The translations under genes and the position numbers were made by a program. From positions 1-57,165 of the forward strand of contig CAVEWG010000007.1 in assembly GCA_963619285.1 (NCBI GenBank): 57,165 bases of DNA, read 5' to 3'. Under the pieces are notes generated by a model that was given only the letters and a program-made list of their open reading frames with translations, searched no databases and was not told the DNA's origin. The DNA is from Oscillospiraceae bacterium (lineage in GTDB: Bacteria > Bacillota_I > Bacilli_A > Erysipelotrichales > Erysipelotrichaceae). Every line of letters begins with the position of its first letter. Within the stretch, counting starts at the first letter, position 1. This document shows positions 8,367-19,793 of the stretch, piece after piece.

Positions 8367-10463
8367 TTAGTCTTTAGCGTTTTTCTTAGCGATTGATTCA
8401 GCGATGCTCTTTGGAACTTCTGAATAGTGATCCATTTGCATCATATAGTTACCACGACCTTGAGTAAATGATCTTAGGTCAGTTGCGTAACCAAACATTT
8501 CTGATAGAGGTACGTAAGCTCTAATAACGATTGCGTTTCCTCTTTCTTCTTGTTCTCTGATTTGTCCACGACGCTTAGTAACATCACCCATTACAGCACC
8601 TAAGTACTCACTTGGAGCAGTTACTTCAACATCCATGATTGGTTCAAGTAATACTGGATCACATTTTTTAGCAGCTTCTTTTAAAGCTAGAGAAGCAGCA
8701 GTCTTAAATGCCATTTCACTTGAATCGACTTCGTGGTAAGAACCATCGAATAATGTAGCTTTAATATCTACAACTGGATAACCAGCAACAAGACCATTGT
8801 TTAAGGCAGCAATTAAGCCATCTTGAGTAGGTTTAATGTATTCTCTTGGAACTGATCCACCAACAACAGCGTCAATGAATTCAAATCCTTTGCCTTCTTC
8901 ATTTGGTTCAAACTTAATCCAAACGTGACCATATTGACCTCTACCACCAGATTGTCTAACGAACTTACCTTCACAATCTGCAGCTTTTCTAATTGTTTCT
9001 CTAAAGGCAACTTGTGGAGCACCAATATTACATTCAACCTTGAATTCTCTCTTCATTCTATCAACGATGATATCTAAGTGAAGTTCACCCATACCAGCGA
9101 TAATAGTTTGACCAGTTTCTTCATCAGTATATGTTCTAAATGTTGGATCTTCTTCAGCTAACTTAGCTAAAGCAGCGTCCATCTTATCTGAGTCAGCCTT
9201 AGTCTTAGGTTCAACAGACATTTGGATAACTGGTTCAGGGAATACCATTGATTCTAGGATAATTGGGCTCTTTTCATCACACAATGTATCACCAGTAGTA
9301 GTATCCTTTAAACCTACAGCAGCAGCGATATCACCAGCGAAAACTTCTTCGATTTCAGCACGGTGGTTAGCATGCATTTGTACAAGTCTACCAAATCTTT
9401 CTTTCTTATCCTTAGTAGCATTTAATACATAACTACCTGCAGTAGCCTTACCAGAGTAAACTCTGAAATAAGTAAGTCTACCTACGAATGGGTCAGTCAT
9501 TACTTTGAATGCTAATGCAGCGAATGGTTCACTGTCGCTTGGATGTCTTGCTTCTTCTTGTCCATCTAATGTAATACCCTTAATAGAAGGTACATCAAGT
9601 GGAGAAGGTAAGTATTCGATTACTGCATCTAGTAATAATTGAATACCTTTGTTCTTATAAGCAGAACCGCAAAGTACAGGGAAGAAATCAGCACCGATAA
9701 CAGCTTTTCTGATTGTCTTCTTGATTAGATCAACTGGAATTTCTTCACCTTCAAGGTATTTTTCCATTAGATCATCATCATATTCAGATAACATTTCAAG
9801 TAGATCTGTTCTTAATAGTTCAGCTTCTTCCTTGAATTGATCTTCAATATCAGTAACAGAAATATCTGTACCTTGATCATTGTTGTACATATATTGTTTA
9901 CGTTCAACAAGATCAATAATTCCTCTAAATGTATTTTCAGCACCAATTGGCATTTGGATTGCGGCAGCCTTAGCGCCTAATCTATTGCCGATTGATTTAA
10001 CTGACATCATGAAGTCAGCACCTGTAGCATCCATCTTGTTACAGAAAACAATTCTTGGAACACCATATGTAGTAGCTTGACGCCATACTGTTTCAGTTTG
10101 AGGTTCAACACCTGCTTTAGCATCTAAAACAGTTACTGCACCATCTAATACTCTTAGAGATCTTTCAACTTCTACTGTAAAGTCAACGTGTCCTGGTGTA
10201 TCGATAATGTTAATACGATTCTTAGGGAATTGATGGTTTTGGCCAGCCCAGAAAGTAGTAGTGGCAGCACTAGTGATAGTGATACCTCTTTCTTGTTCTT
10301 GGGCCATCCAGTCCATTTGTGAAGCACCATCATGTGTTTCACCAATCTTATGAGTTTTACCAGTGAAGAAAAGAATACGTTCAGTACAAGTAGTCTTACC
10401 AGCATCGATGTGAGCCATGATACCGATATTTCTAGTATTTTCTAAGCTATACTCTCTTGCCAT
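8367..10463 (-). CDS. fusA: Elongation factor G
   Basis: 698 aa, [21 protein letters not shown]...[11 protein letters not shown]. Lies in the rpsL-rpsG-fusA-tuf order. Confidence 0.99.
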   Translation of the reverse strand: MAREYSLENTRNIGIMAHIDAGKTTCTERILFFTGKTHKIGETHDGASQMDWMAQEQERGITITSAATTTFWAGQNHQFPKNRINIIDTPGHVDFTVEVERSLRVLDGAVTVLDAKAGVEPQTETVWRQATTYGVPRIVFCNKMDATGADFMMSVKSIGNRLGAKAAAIQMPIGAENTFRGIIDLVERKQYMYNNDQGTDISVTDIEDQFKEEAELLRTDLLEMLSEYDDDLMEKYLEGEEIPVDLIKKTIRKAVIGADFFPVLCGSAYKNKGIQLLLDAVIEYLPSPLDVPSIKGITLDGQEEARHPSDSEPFAALAFKVMTDPFVGRLTYFRVYSGKATAGSYVLNATKDKKERFGRLVQMHANHRAEIEEVFAGDIAAAVGLKDTTTGDTLCDEKSPIILESMVFPEPVIQMSVEPKTKADSDKMDAALAKLAEEDPTFRTYTDEETGQTIIAGMGELHLDIIVDRMKREFKVECNIGAPQVAFRETIRKAADCEGKFVRQSGGRGQYGHVWIKFEPNEEGKGFEFIDAVVGGSVPREYIKPTQDGLIAALNNGLVAGYPVVDIKATLFDGSYHEVDSSEMAFKTAASLALKEAAKKCDPVLLEPIMDVEVTAPSEYLGAVMGDVTKRRGQIREQEERGNAIVIRAYVPLSEMFGYATDLRSFTQGRGNYMMQMDHYSEVPKSIAESIAKKNAKD

Positions 10464-10478
10464 AATATTCCTTTCTTA

Positions 10479-10949
10479 TTACCAGCGGAAGTGAGCGAAT
10501 GCCTTATTAGCATCAGCCATCTTATGAGTGTCTTCCTTCTTCTTAACAGATTGTCCAACACCATTAGAAGCATCGATGATTTCGTTTGCTAATCTTTGTT
10601 CCATAGTTTTTTCACTTCTTAAACGAGAATAGTTAACGATCCATCTTAAACCAAGAGTTAGTCTTCTCTCTCTTGATACTTCAACTGGAACTTGGTAGTT
10701 TGCACCACCAACTCTTCTTAATTTTAATTCTAATTCTGGCATAACATTGTCAAGCGCTTTTTCAAACACTTCCATTGGTTGTTGACCAGTTTTTTCTTCT
10801 ACGATTTGAAATGCATTATATAAAATGTTCTCTGCTACGTCTTTTTTACCGTCTAACATGATTTTGTTGATTAAACGAGTAACAAGCTTTGAATTATAAA
10901 TAGGATCTGCTAATACATCTCTTTTTGCAACATGTCCTTTTCTTGGCAT
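10479..10949 (-). CDS. rpsG: 30S ribosomal protein S7
   Basis: 156 aa, [36 protein letters not shown]... Confidence 0.98.
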   Translation of the reverse strand: MPRKGHVAKRDVLADPIYNSKLVTRLINKIMLDGKKDVAENILYNAFQIVEEKTGQQPMEVFEKALDNVMPELELKLRRVGGANYQVPVEVSRERRLTLGLRWIVNYSRLRSEKTMEQRLANEIIDASNGVGQSVKKKEDTHKMADANKAFAHFRW

Positions 10950-10972
10950 ATTATCTTAATCTCCTTTCATGT

Positions 10973-11383
10973 TTATTTAGGGCGTTTAGCACCATATAGT
11001 GAACGACCTTGTTTACGATTATTAACGCCGGCACAGTCAAGTGTACCTCTGATGATATGGTATCTGACACCTGGTAAATCCTTTACTCTACCACCTCTAA
11101 TAAGTACAACTGAGTGTTCTTGTAGGTTATGGCCGATACCTGGAATATAAGCAGTAACTTCCATACCATTACTTAATCTAACACGGGCATACTTTCTTAA
11201 AGCTGAGTTAGGTTTCTTTGGAGTCATTGTACCAACTCTGGTACAAACACCTCTTTTTTGAGGGGATGCCAAGTCAATAGGTCTAGACTTTAAAGAATTG
11301 TAACCCTTGTTTAATGCAGGTGACTTAGACTTGAAAGTTCTAGCTGTTCTACCTTTTCTTACTAATTGATTAATTGTAGGCAT
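10973..11383 (-). CDS. rpsL: 30S ribosomal protein S12
   Basis: 136 aa, [12 protein letters not shown]...[19 protein letters not shown]. Confidence 0.98.
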   Translation of the reverse strand: MPTINQLVRKGRTARTFKSKSPALNKGYNSLKSRPIDLASPQKRGVCTRVGTMTPKKPNSALRKYARVRLSNGMEVTAYIPGIGHNLQEHSVVLIRGGRVKDLPGVRYHIIRGTLDCAGVNNRKQGRSLYGAKRPK

Positions 11384-11581
11384 TTATTTCTCCTTTCACT
11401 TTCTAGCACACAATTACAGGTGTGCCAAGATTTCGCTTAATATATAGATCCATCACGGATCCTTAAGCCTTTCTATAATACAATGAATAATTTCTATATG
11501 CAATAGTTATTTTAAACTTTTTGCGCTTTTTCAACTTTAAAAACTTTTTATATAATATAGTTATTAGTGGAGGAATTGTAT

Positions 11582-12313
11582 ATGACATTCTTTAAATCTA
11601 TTAAAAAAATAATGTTGCTAGTTAACCTTATATATATAGTAATAGGTTACTTGTTATTGGCTAAGGGTTCTGCTTGCGTAGAACTTGTAATATCCTTACT
11701 TGGATATGGACTAGGAATTGCTGGTATCTTTGAAATAGTAAGATACTTTCTAATAAAGATAGATGAAAGATACAAAAGAAATGATTTTATCTTAGGTATC
11801 GCCTTATTAGCATTAGCCATTGTAGTACTTATTTGTAAATATTCTCTATCTGATATCGCAACAGTTGCCCTAGGAATTGCGATCATTGTATCAGCTGCCT
11901 TAAAGGTGCAAGATGCCATAGATGCTAAAAAGATAGGCTCTAATTTATTTGGAACTTATATGATACTAATGATTATTTGTATAGGACTTGGAGCTCTTGT
12001 TATTATTAACTTTTTCTATATCTTAGATTATCGTTTGTTATATATAAGCGCAGGTATTGGCTTATTGTTCTCTGGCTTAACTGATTTATTATCTAATATC
12101 TATTTAGCTGTATTAAAAACTAAGTATGAAAAGAATAAAGGGCTCGAACCCAATAATGATGATCAAAAGATTATCGATGTAGAGCCTAATGAGCCAGTTA
12201 AAGATGAACAAACAACTCAGGAATGTACTTCAGAAACTAAATTTACACCAATTGATGCTGACAGGGTAGTAGATGTTACTCCTAATCAAACCACTAATGA
12301 TGAAAATAAGTAG
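11582..12313 (+). CDS. DUF308/HdeD-like multi-pass membrane protein with an acidic C-terminal tail
   Basis: ATG 11582 is preferred over the GTG at 11567 (SD GGAGG 11569-11573; TATAAT upstream). About 6 TM helices followed by a hydrophilic tail. Confidence 0.65.
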   Translation: MTFFKSIKKIMLLVNLIYIVIGYLLLAKGSACVELVISLLGYGLGIAGIFEIVRYFLIKIDERYKRNDFILGIALLALAIVVLICKYSLSDIATVALGIAIIVSAALKVQDAIDAKKIGSNLFGTYMILMIICIGLGALVIINFFYILDYRLLYISAGIGLLFSGLTDLLSNIYLAVLKTKYEKNKGLEPNNDDQKIIDVEPNEPVKDEQTTQECTSETKFTPIDADRVVDVTPNQTTNDENK

Positions 12314-12315
12314 AT

Positions 12316-12879
12316 ATGTCACAAATTACTAAAAAAGCACTTGAAGAATCTTTGAAGAAATTACTGCTTCAAAAGCCATTAAATAAGATAACAGTAAGCG
12401 ATATTACTGAAGATTGCGGTATTAACCGTATGACTTTTTATTATCATTTTAAAGATATTTATGATTTAGTAGAATGGTCTTGTTTAGAAGATGCTTCTAA
12501 AGCTCTTGAAGGTAACAAGACCTATAACACTTGGCAAGAAGGCTATCTTAGAATATTTGAAGCTGTAAAAGAAAATAAGCCATTCATTATGAATGTTTAT
12601 AATTCGGTAAGTAGAGAACAAATTGAAAACTATTTGTTTAAGGTAACTTTTAAATTACTAGAAGATGTAGTAGAAGAACAAGCCAAGGATATGTCGGTGT
12701 TAAAAGAAGATAAGTATTTTATCGCTAACTTCTATAAATATGCCTTTGTTGGTTTAATGCTAGAGTGGATTAAAGATGATATGAAAAAAGATCCTAAGTT
12801 AATAGTAGATAAGTTATCTTTAATGATACAGGGCAATATCAAAGAAGCATTAAATAGGGTGAGAATAGATAAAAATTAA
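12316..12879 (+). CDS. TetR-family regulator (DhaS-like subgroup)
   Basis: 187 aa. N-terminal HTH KITVSDITEDCGINRMTFYYHFKDIYDLVEW. Confidence 0.8.
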   Translation: MSQITKKALEESLKKLLLQKPLNKITVSDITEDCGINRMTFYYHFKDIYDLVEWSCLEDASKALEGNKTYNTWQEGYLRIFEAVKENKPFIMNVYNSVSREQIENYLFKVTFKLLEDVVEEQAKDMSVLKEDKYFIANFYKYAFVGLMLEWIKDDMKKDPKLIVDKLSLMIQGNIKEALNRVRIDKN

Positions 12880-12915
12880 TCAAAAGCGCTAATTTGATAA
12901 AAATTTTTACACATT

Positions 12916-12953
12916 AAGACTTCTGTTTAAAAACTAAACAAAAGTCTTTTTTT
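12916..12953 (+). terminator. Rho-independent terminator after the TetR gene
   Basis: About 12-bp stem AGACTTCTGTTT/AAACAAAAGTCT with one mismatch, followed by T7. Confidence 0.7.
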
Positions 12954-13020
12954 GTTTATTTTATTTGTTTTACTTAAAAATTATATTAAAAGTGTAAAGA
13001 GATACAGGAGGTAGAAATTT

Positions 13021-14799
13021 ATGTATTACTCTAGTGGAAACTATGAAGCATTTGCTCATCCAAAGAAGCCTGAAGGTGTTGATCAAAAGTCAGCGTATAT
13101 TGTAGGTAGTGGATTAGCTGCTTTAACAGCTGCTTGTTATCTTGTAAGAGATGGCAAGATGAAAGGTGAACATGTACACATCTTAGAAAAAGGTAAACTT
13201 GCAGGTGGTGCATGTGATGGCTACAAATTTGAAAATATAGGCTATGTTATGAGAGGTGGTAGAGAAATGGATAACCACTTCGAAGTAATGTGGGATTTAT
13301 TTAGAGATATCCCATCCATTGAAACAGAAGGTGTTTCAGTATTAGATGAATACTATTGGTTAAATAAAGAAGACCCTAACTATTCATTATGTAGAGCTAC
13401 TGTTAATAAAGGACAAGACGCTCATACTGATGGCAAGTTTGATATTTCTGATAAAGGTGCTATGGAAATCATGAAGTTATTCTTCACACCTAATGAACAA
13501 TTACAAGATAAGAAGATTAATGAGATTTTTACTGATGAAGTATTTAAATCAAACTTCTGGCTATATTGGAGAACGATGTTTGCCTTCCAAGAATGGCACA
13601 GTGCTCTTGAAATGAAACTTTATTTCCAAAGATATATTCACCATATTGGTGGCTTACCTGATTTTAAAGCATTAAGATTTACCAAGTTTAATCAATATGA
13701 ATCAATGATTCTTCCAATGTGCAAATATCTAGAAGCTCATAATGTTAAGTTCCATTATGGAGTTCATGTAACAAATGTTGAATTTGATTGTTCTAATTCT
13801 AATAACAAATTGGCTAAGAGAATTGATGTATTAGAAGATGGTAAAGAAAATCATATTGATTTAACTGAAAATGATTTAGTATTTATTACTAATGGCGGCT
13901 GTGTTGAAAATTCTACAATGGGTTCTCAAAACACTAAGGCTGAATATAATACCGAGCTTAAAGAAGGCGGTGGATGGGATATGTGGCGTAAGATTGCTGC
14001 ACAAGATCCTTCATTTGGTCACCCTGATAAGTTCTGCTCAGATCCCGAGGCTACAAACTGGATGTCAGCAACCGTAGAAACGCTTGATCAAAACATCATT
14101 CCTTATATCAAGAACATTTGTAAAAGAGATCCATTTACTGGTAAGGTTACAACTGGTGGTATCGTAACTGTTAAGGATTCTTCATGGCTATTATCTTGGA
14201 CTATTAATAGACAACCTCAATTTAGGCAGCAACCAAAAGATCATTGTCTAGTTTGGGTATATTCTCTATTTACTGATAGACCTGGTGATTATATTAAGAA
14301 ACCAATGAGAGAATGTACTGGTAAAGAAATTTGTGAAGAATGGTTATACCATCTAGGTGTTCCTGAAGATAAGATTGAAGAATATGCAACAAATAGCGCA
14401 AATACAGTTCCTGTTATGATGCCTTATATTGATGCCTTCTTCATGCCTAGAGCATATGGTGATAGACCTGATGTTGTTCCTGCTGGTTCTAAAAACTTCG
14501 CATTCTTAGGCCAATTCGCTGAAACACCAAGAGATACAATCTTCACTACTGAGTATTCAATGCGTACAGGTATGGAGGCTGTATATACTCTATTAAATAT
14601 TGATAGAGGTGTTCCTGAGGTTTGGGGATCAACTTATGATATAAGAGACTTACTAAATTCAACTGTTCAATTAAGAGATGGTAAGAAGATTACAGATATG
14701 GAATTAAGTCTTACTGAAAAGTTGGTTCTAAAGAAAGCTCTTAAAAAGATTAAGGGAACAGACATCGAGAAACTATTAGAGGAACATAAAGTTATCTAA
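13021..14799 (+). CDS. ohyA: Oleate hydratase (myosin-cross-reactive antigen family)
   Basis: 592 aa, MYYSSGNYEAFAHPKKPEGVDQKSAYIVGSGLAALTAACYLVRDG. FAD-binding GxGxxA and typical length and N-terminus. TetR neighbour. Confidence 0.9.
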   Translation: MYYSSGNYEAFAHPKKPEGVDQKSAYIVGSGLAALTAACYLVRDGKMKGEHVHILEKGKLAGGACDGYKFENIGYVMRGGREMDNHFEVMWDLFRDIPSIETEGVSVLDEYYWLNKEDPNYSLCRATVNKGQDAHTDGKFDISDKGAMEIMKLFFTPNEQLQDKKINEIFTDEVFKSNFWLYWRTMFAFQEWHSALEMKLYFQRYIHHIGGLPDFKALRFTKFNQYESMILPMCKYLEAHNVKFHYGVHVTNVEFDCSNSNNKLAKRIDVLEDGKENHIDLTENDLVFITNGGCVENSTMGSQNTKAEYNTELKEGGGWDMWRKIAAQDPSFGHPDKFCSDPEATNWMSATVETLDQNIIPYIKNICKRDPFTGKVTTGGIVTVKDSSWLLSWTINRQPQFRQQPKDHCLVWVYSLFTDRPGDYIKKPMRECTGKEICEEWLYHLGVPEDKIEEYATNSANTVPVMMPYIDAFFMPRAYGDRPDVVPAGSKNFAFLGQFAETPRDTIFTTEYSMRTGMEAVYTLLNIDRGVPEVWGSTYDIRDLLNSTVQLRDGKKITDMELSLTEKLVLKKALKKIKGTDIEKLLEEHKVI

Positions 14800-14800
14800 T

Positions 14801-14832
14801 AAACATTAGCCTCTAAACGAGGCTAATGTTTT
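14801..14832 (+). terminator. Rho-independent terminator after ohyA
   Basis: Perfect 13-bp stem AAACATTAGCCTC/GAGGCTAATGTTT with a 5-nt loop and a T-rich tail. Confidence 0.8.
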
Positions 14833-14996
14833 AGCAACATTTTTTATAATTTTTAAATAAAGACTGTTGCTAATTTAAATTCAAGCCAATGAAAACCGTG
14901 CTGAAAATTTATCTTTCTTTTTTAGAAAAATAGATTATAATTGTTTTGACGAAGGAAGACCTGGTCTTCAAACTAGTGAATCGAGAGATTCACTTT

Positions 14997-16007
14997 TTAT
15001 TTTGCTTGGCTAGTTATTTCTTTCATCATCTCTAGTATATTAATATAATTTAAATTGAAGCTGTTGGTTTCCAAATTAAGATTGGAGTAAGAAATTGTTC
15101 CCAATGAAAAAATATTATATGTATTTTCTAATAATTTAAAAGTAGCATATATTTGAGAACCGGTTATGTTTTTAGAATATTTCGTTTTCTCAACCAATAA
15201 TGGGAATAGTGGTTCATAGTGATTTACAACATTTCTAATTCTTCTAATGTTTTCTATTAATCCGGAGAAAGACAACAGCTTTCGTAGCGATATTTTGCTA
15301 TATTCATCTATATTGTAGAATTTAGCGGCAATCTTCTTTTGTGAACCGCTATCTAACATAGAAAATAAAATTTTAAGTTCTCCTAGTGTTAAAACATTAG
15401 GTATTACCCACAATGGAACGGTTTTTTGAGATTCTAAGTAATGCGCTATTAATTTATTGCTCTTAAGCTGATTTCCCGAGGCATCTATCCCTTTACCTAG
15501 TTCTTTGATATGCAACAACAAATTTTTCTTAATTTCTAAATTGTAATTGTCTTTAATAAATCCTTCTTTTGTTAAGGTATATGGATAATTAGATGCAAAT
15601 TTTGGCAACTTGTAATTATTGCTTGAATTAATGAAATCTTCGATATCTTGCACATATTTTGTACAAGTTATATCTCTTTCTTTTCCTTCTAAATACTTTT
15701 CACATAGTTCGGTAGATAATAGATTTTTGAATCGCTTTTCGAAAGATCCAATATATTTATACATGACCGTACTAAATTCTTCATCGATTTTAATGATTTT
15801 AAGTATTTTTTCAAAATCAGTATTCTTGGCGTAAATACGCTTGCCTTTTTCATTTATTCCATAAGAAAAAAGTTCTTTATAAGGATTTATCAAGGAAGTG
15901 TAGCTTCTTTCTTCAATAATACTCCTATGTTGCTTCTTGACAATAATTCTCTTATTTGTTTCTAGATATTCGATGCGTTCATCAACGTTTTTATATATTT
16001 TTTCCAC
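14997..16007 (-). CDS. Abi_2 (AbiD/AbiF-type) abortive-infection HEPN protein
   Basis: 336 aa, GTG start. C-terminal IRRIRNVVNHYEPLF contains the R-x4-H HEPN motif in the context typical of Abi_2. The size is typical for AbiD/F. Confidence 0.75.
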   Translation of the reverse strand: MEKIYKNVDERIEYLETNKRIIVKKQHRSIIEERSYTSLINPYKELFSYGINEKGKRIYAKNTDFEKILKIIKIDEEFSTVMYKYIGSFEKRFKNLLSTELCEKYLEGKERDITCTKYVQDIEDFINSSNNYKLPKFASNYPYTLTKEGFIKDNYNLEIKKNLLLHIKELGKGIDASGNQLKSNKLIAHYLESQKTVPLWVIPNVLTLGELKILFSMLDSGSQKKIAAKFYNIDEYSKISLRKLLSFSGLIENIRRIRNVVNHYEPLFPLLVEKTKYSKNITGSQIYATFKLLENTYNIFSLGTISYSNLNLETNSFNLNYINILEMMKEITSQAK

Positions 16008-16090
16008 AAATTATATCTTTCCTTTAGATAAAATAAATTTTACCATAGTCTTATTTTTTGTGCTTGTTTTGTGATGGCCCTTATAACAAC

Positions 16091-16119
16091 AAAAACCGCA
16101 AGTAGTTGCAAACTTGCGG
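16091..16119 (-). terminator. Rho-independent terminator after queH
   Basis: Stem CCGCAAGT/ACTTGCGG (16096-16119). On the minus strand it is followed by a U run (A5 at 16091-16095 on plus). Confidence 0.75.
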
Positions 16120-16129
16120 TAAGTATCAG

Positions 16130-16723
16130 CTAATCTCTTATGGAAAATTCACATCCACAATAGTTTTGATGATATAAATTAAGTTTCTTGTTTAATTGTT
16201 CATTATAATTGATGCCGTTACCTTTTTTGAAATCGGCATGAAGATATTTAACATCTTTATATTTCTTTTCTAATTCTTCGCCGATTTCATTTAGATAGTC
16301 GGCATTTTTTCGATTAGAAATAGACATTACAGTTGAAAAATACTCATAGTGATTTTCTTTGGCGTATTTAAAACCTTCATTCATTCTAAGCGTGTAACAA
16401 ACTTTACATCTTTTACCCATTTCGGGTTCGTCTTTCAATGGCTCTAATTTTGTCTTGTAGGCATCATAATCATATTTAGCAACAACAAGTTTAATCTCAT
16501 CATCTTTTAAATAATTAAGATACGTATTTAAAGCATCTAGTCTTCTTAAGAATTCATCGTATGGATAAATATTGGAATTGGTGAAATAGATGGTAATCTT
16601 AAAATACTTTCTTAGATATAAAAGGGGATAGACTGAACATACTCCACAACATACATGTAGTAGAAGCGCTGGTCTATCTCTTAGTTCATTTATTTGTTTG
16701 ATTTGTTTTTGATAGTTATTCAT
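16130..16723 (-). CDS. queH: Epoxyqueuosine reductase QueH (DUF208)
   Basis: LLLHVCCGVCSVYPL and C-terminal YCGCEF Cys motifs. The ORF-track start at 16747 is a TTG, so I prefer ATG 16723 (MNNYQKQ), which overlaps the queA stop by 8 nt. Confidence 0.85.
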   Translation of the reverse strand: MNNYQKQIKQINELRDRPALLLHVCCGVCSVYPLLYLRKYFKITIYFTNSNIYPYDEFLRRLDALNTYLNYLKDDEIKLVVAKYDYDAYKTKLEPLKDEPEMGKRCKVCYTLRMNEGFKYAKENHYEYFSTVMSISNRKNADYLNEIGEELEKKYKDVKYLHADFKKGNGINYNEQLNKKLNLYHQNYCGCEFSIRD

Positions 16724-17744
16724 TTGTGATAAACATTGAATCGCCAAATGAGAAGAAACGATATTTATTTTCTACTGCTACTTTATAAGCGTTTAATATC
16801 ATTTCTCTACTTGTAAAGGCACTAATCATCATAATTAATGTAGACTTTGGCAAGTGGAAATTAGTAATTTGACAATCTATTCCTTTAAACTCATATGGTG
16901 GATAAATAAAGATATTAGTATCACCATGACATTCCCTAAATTCACCATATTTAGCCATAACTGATTCAAGAGTTCTAGTAGAAGTAGTTCCTACCGCAAT
17001 GATGCGTCTTCCTTCTTTTTTAGCTTTGTTTAAAGTGTCAGCAGCTTCCTTAGACATAAAGTAAGATTCATAATGCATGTTATGGTCTTCGATCTCTTCT
17101 TCTTTAACAGGCTTAAAAGTACCTAAACCAACGTGTAAGGTAATATCTACTATTTCAACACCTTTTTCTTTTATTTTTTCAATTAATTCATTTGTAAAAT
17201 GTAGACCAGCCGTAGGACAAGCAGCTGAGCCAAGAGGTGAGGCATAAACGTTTTGGTAACGATTGTTGTCTTTTAACATTTCATGAACATAAGGTGGGGT
17301 AGGCATTAAACCTATTTCTTCTAGTATTTCAATAAAGATGCCTTCATAGATCATTTTGATGATTCTAATGCCTTCTTCTCTTATTTCTAGGCATTCACCT
17401 TTTAATTTATCTGAGAATTTAATAATAGTTCCTACTTTTATTGCCTTAGCATTACCACACAAGCACTCACAGACAGTGTTTTCACCGATTTTTAAAATAA
17501 GCACTTCAACTTTAGCACCTGTTTCTTCTTTTGTGCCATATAGTCTAGCGGGAATAACTTTAGAATTGTTTCTTACTAGTACATCACCTTTATGAAGATA
17601 ATTGATGATGTCATAAAAGTGTTTATGCTCTATTTCACCAGTGTTTTTGTGAAGAACTAATAGTCTTGATTCATCTCTTTTATCGGCAGGATGTTGAGCG
17701 ATTAATTCTTCTGGTAAATAATAGTCAAATTCTTCAAGTTTCAT
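16716..17744 (-). CDS. queA: S-adenosylmethionine:tRNA ribosyltransferase-isomerase
   Basis: 342 aa, MKLEEFDYYLPEELIAQHPADKRDESRLLVL... Confidence 0.95.
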   Translation of the reverse strand: MKLEEFDYYLPEELIAQHPADKRDESRLLVLHKNTGEIEHKHFYDIINYLHKGDVLVRNNSKVIPARLYGTKEETGAKVEVLILKIGENTVCECLCGNAKAIKVGTIIKFSDKLKGECLEIREEGIRIIKMIYEGIFIEILEEIGLMPTPPYVHEMLKDNNRYQNVYASPLGSAACPTAGLHFTNELIEKIKEKGVEIVDITLHVGLGTFKPVKEEEIEDHNMHYESYFMSKEAADTLNKAKKEGRRIIAVGTTSTRTLESVMAKYGEFRECHGDTNIFIYPPYEFKGIDCQITNFHLPKSTLIMMISAFTSREMILNAYKVAVENKYRFFSFGDSMFITNE

Positions 17745-18905
<1,161 letters not shown>

Positions 18906-18909
18906 TTAA

Positions 18910-19356
18910 GTGATGAATTCGAAGGAACTAAAAAGATACAATCTACCAGAAGATAGATTTTTATTGGCTGCAATTGATGCCAAGCCTAGTTTTATTTTGT
19001 TTCTAATTTTTATTATCGGTTTAGTACTTGTAGTAGTTAGACAATACAGTGTTGGTATTGTTGTTACTTTGTTGGCGACTATATCTTATATCGCACTACC
19101 TTCAAGGGTATTGATGGAATTTTATCAAAACTATCTTGTTTTATATAACCATGCCAATAAAAATGATTGCGAAATGATTTATTATGATGAAGTTGTTAAG
19201 TGGCGCTATGTATATGGTATTAACTATGATTATGTGGAACTTATTTTAGTTGATGATAGCACTCATACCATAGATGCTTTCTCTAGATCTTTGTTTGAGG
19301 GCTATTTAAATAAATATTTAAAGGATAAAAAAGACAAAACAAAGCGAAAAAAGTAG
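18910..19356 (+). CDS. Hypothetical membrane protein (2 TM plus soluble domain)
   Basis: 148-aa ORF with two hydrophobic helices and a lysine-rich tail. Start is GTG 18910 or ATG 18913. Confidence 0.55.
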   Translation: MMNSKELKRYNLPEDRFLLAAIDAKPSFILFLIFIIGLVLVVVRQYSVGIVVTLLATISYIALPSRVLMEFYQNYLVLYNHANKNDCEMIYYDEVVKWRYVYGINYDYVELILVDDSTHTIDAFSRSLFEGYLNKYLKDKKDKTKRKK

Positions 19357-19360
19357 TATT

Positions 19361-19765
19361 GTGCTATTATATAAGCTGATGAGCAAGGAATTTGAAAACA
19401 ATGCCTATTTTTGGCAAAAAGTAGATGCAGCATTTATATCAGGAGATTACAATAAAATCTATGAGAAGGGTTCTAGACATCCATTGTATCCAGGACTTAT
19501 TTTCCCAGTTGATTATGGTCATATTACTACAAATGATGATGAACTTTGCGCAATGAAAGTTTTTATGGGTAAGGGAGAGAAAAAAGTTCAAAGCGTTGTA
19601 GTGTGTGCCAACTTACTTGAAAAGGATTTATCAGCTATTTTATTGATAGGACTTGAAGATAATCAAGAAGAAGAAGTATTAAAATTCTTAAATAGTACAG
19701 AATTTCAAAAAGCTGTAGTATTTAGAAGAGGAAAAGACATACCTGCTTGGGCAGTTGTTGAGTAG
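19361..19765 (+). CDS. Hypothetical protein (weak resemblance to the family I pyrophosphatase YP-x-NYG-x-I motif)
   Basis: 134 aa, YPGLIFPVDYGHITT. The start codon is uncertain (GTG 19361 or ATG 19379). Confidence 0.45.
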   Translation: MLLYKLMSKEFENNAYFWQKVDAAFISGDYNKIYEKGSRHPLYPGLIFPVDYGHITTNDDELCAMKVFMGKGEKKVQSVVVCANLLEKDLSAILLIGLEDNQEEEVLKFLNSTEFQKAVVFRRGKDIPAWAVVE

Positions 19766-19793
19766 CGTGGCTACTCTTTTTTATAGGAGAAAT

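Noticed and set aside
11567-11581. Upstream alternative start codons given by the ORF track (also 4387, 19755, 37072, 38846, 48113, 49365, 51860, 54420, 55024, 56066)
   Set aside because: Downstream ATGs have proper SD spacing or coupling to the preceding stop. They give N-termini that match the family consensus, and the longer versions would overlap upstream genes extensively.
14831-14873. The arms TTAGCAACA/TGTTGCTAA resemble the TGTTGCAACA leader palindrome of the secreted-protein cassettes
   Set aside because: Only a 6-nt core is shared, and the arrangement is inverted with a 25-nt gap. It is probably coincidence. I kept it only as part of the Abi tail description.
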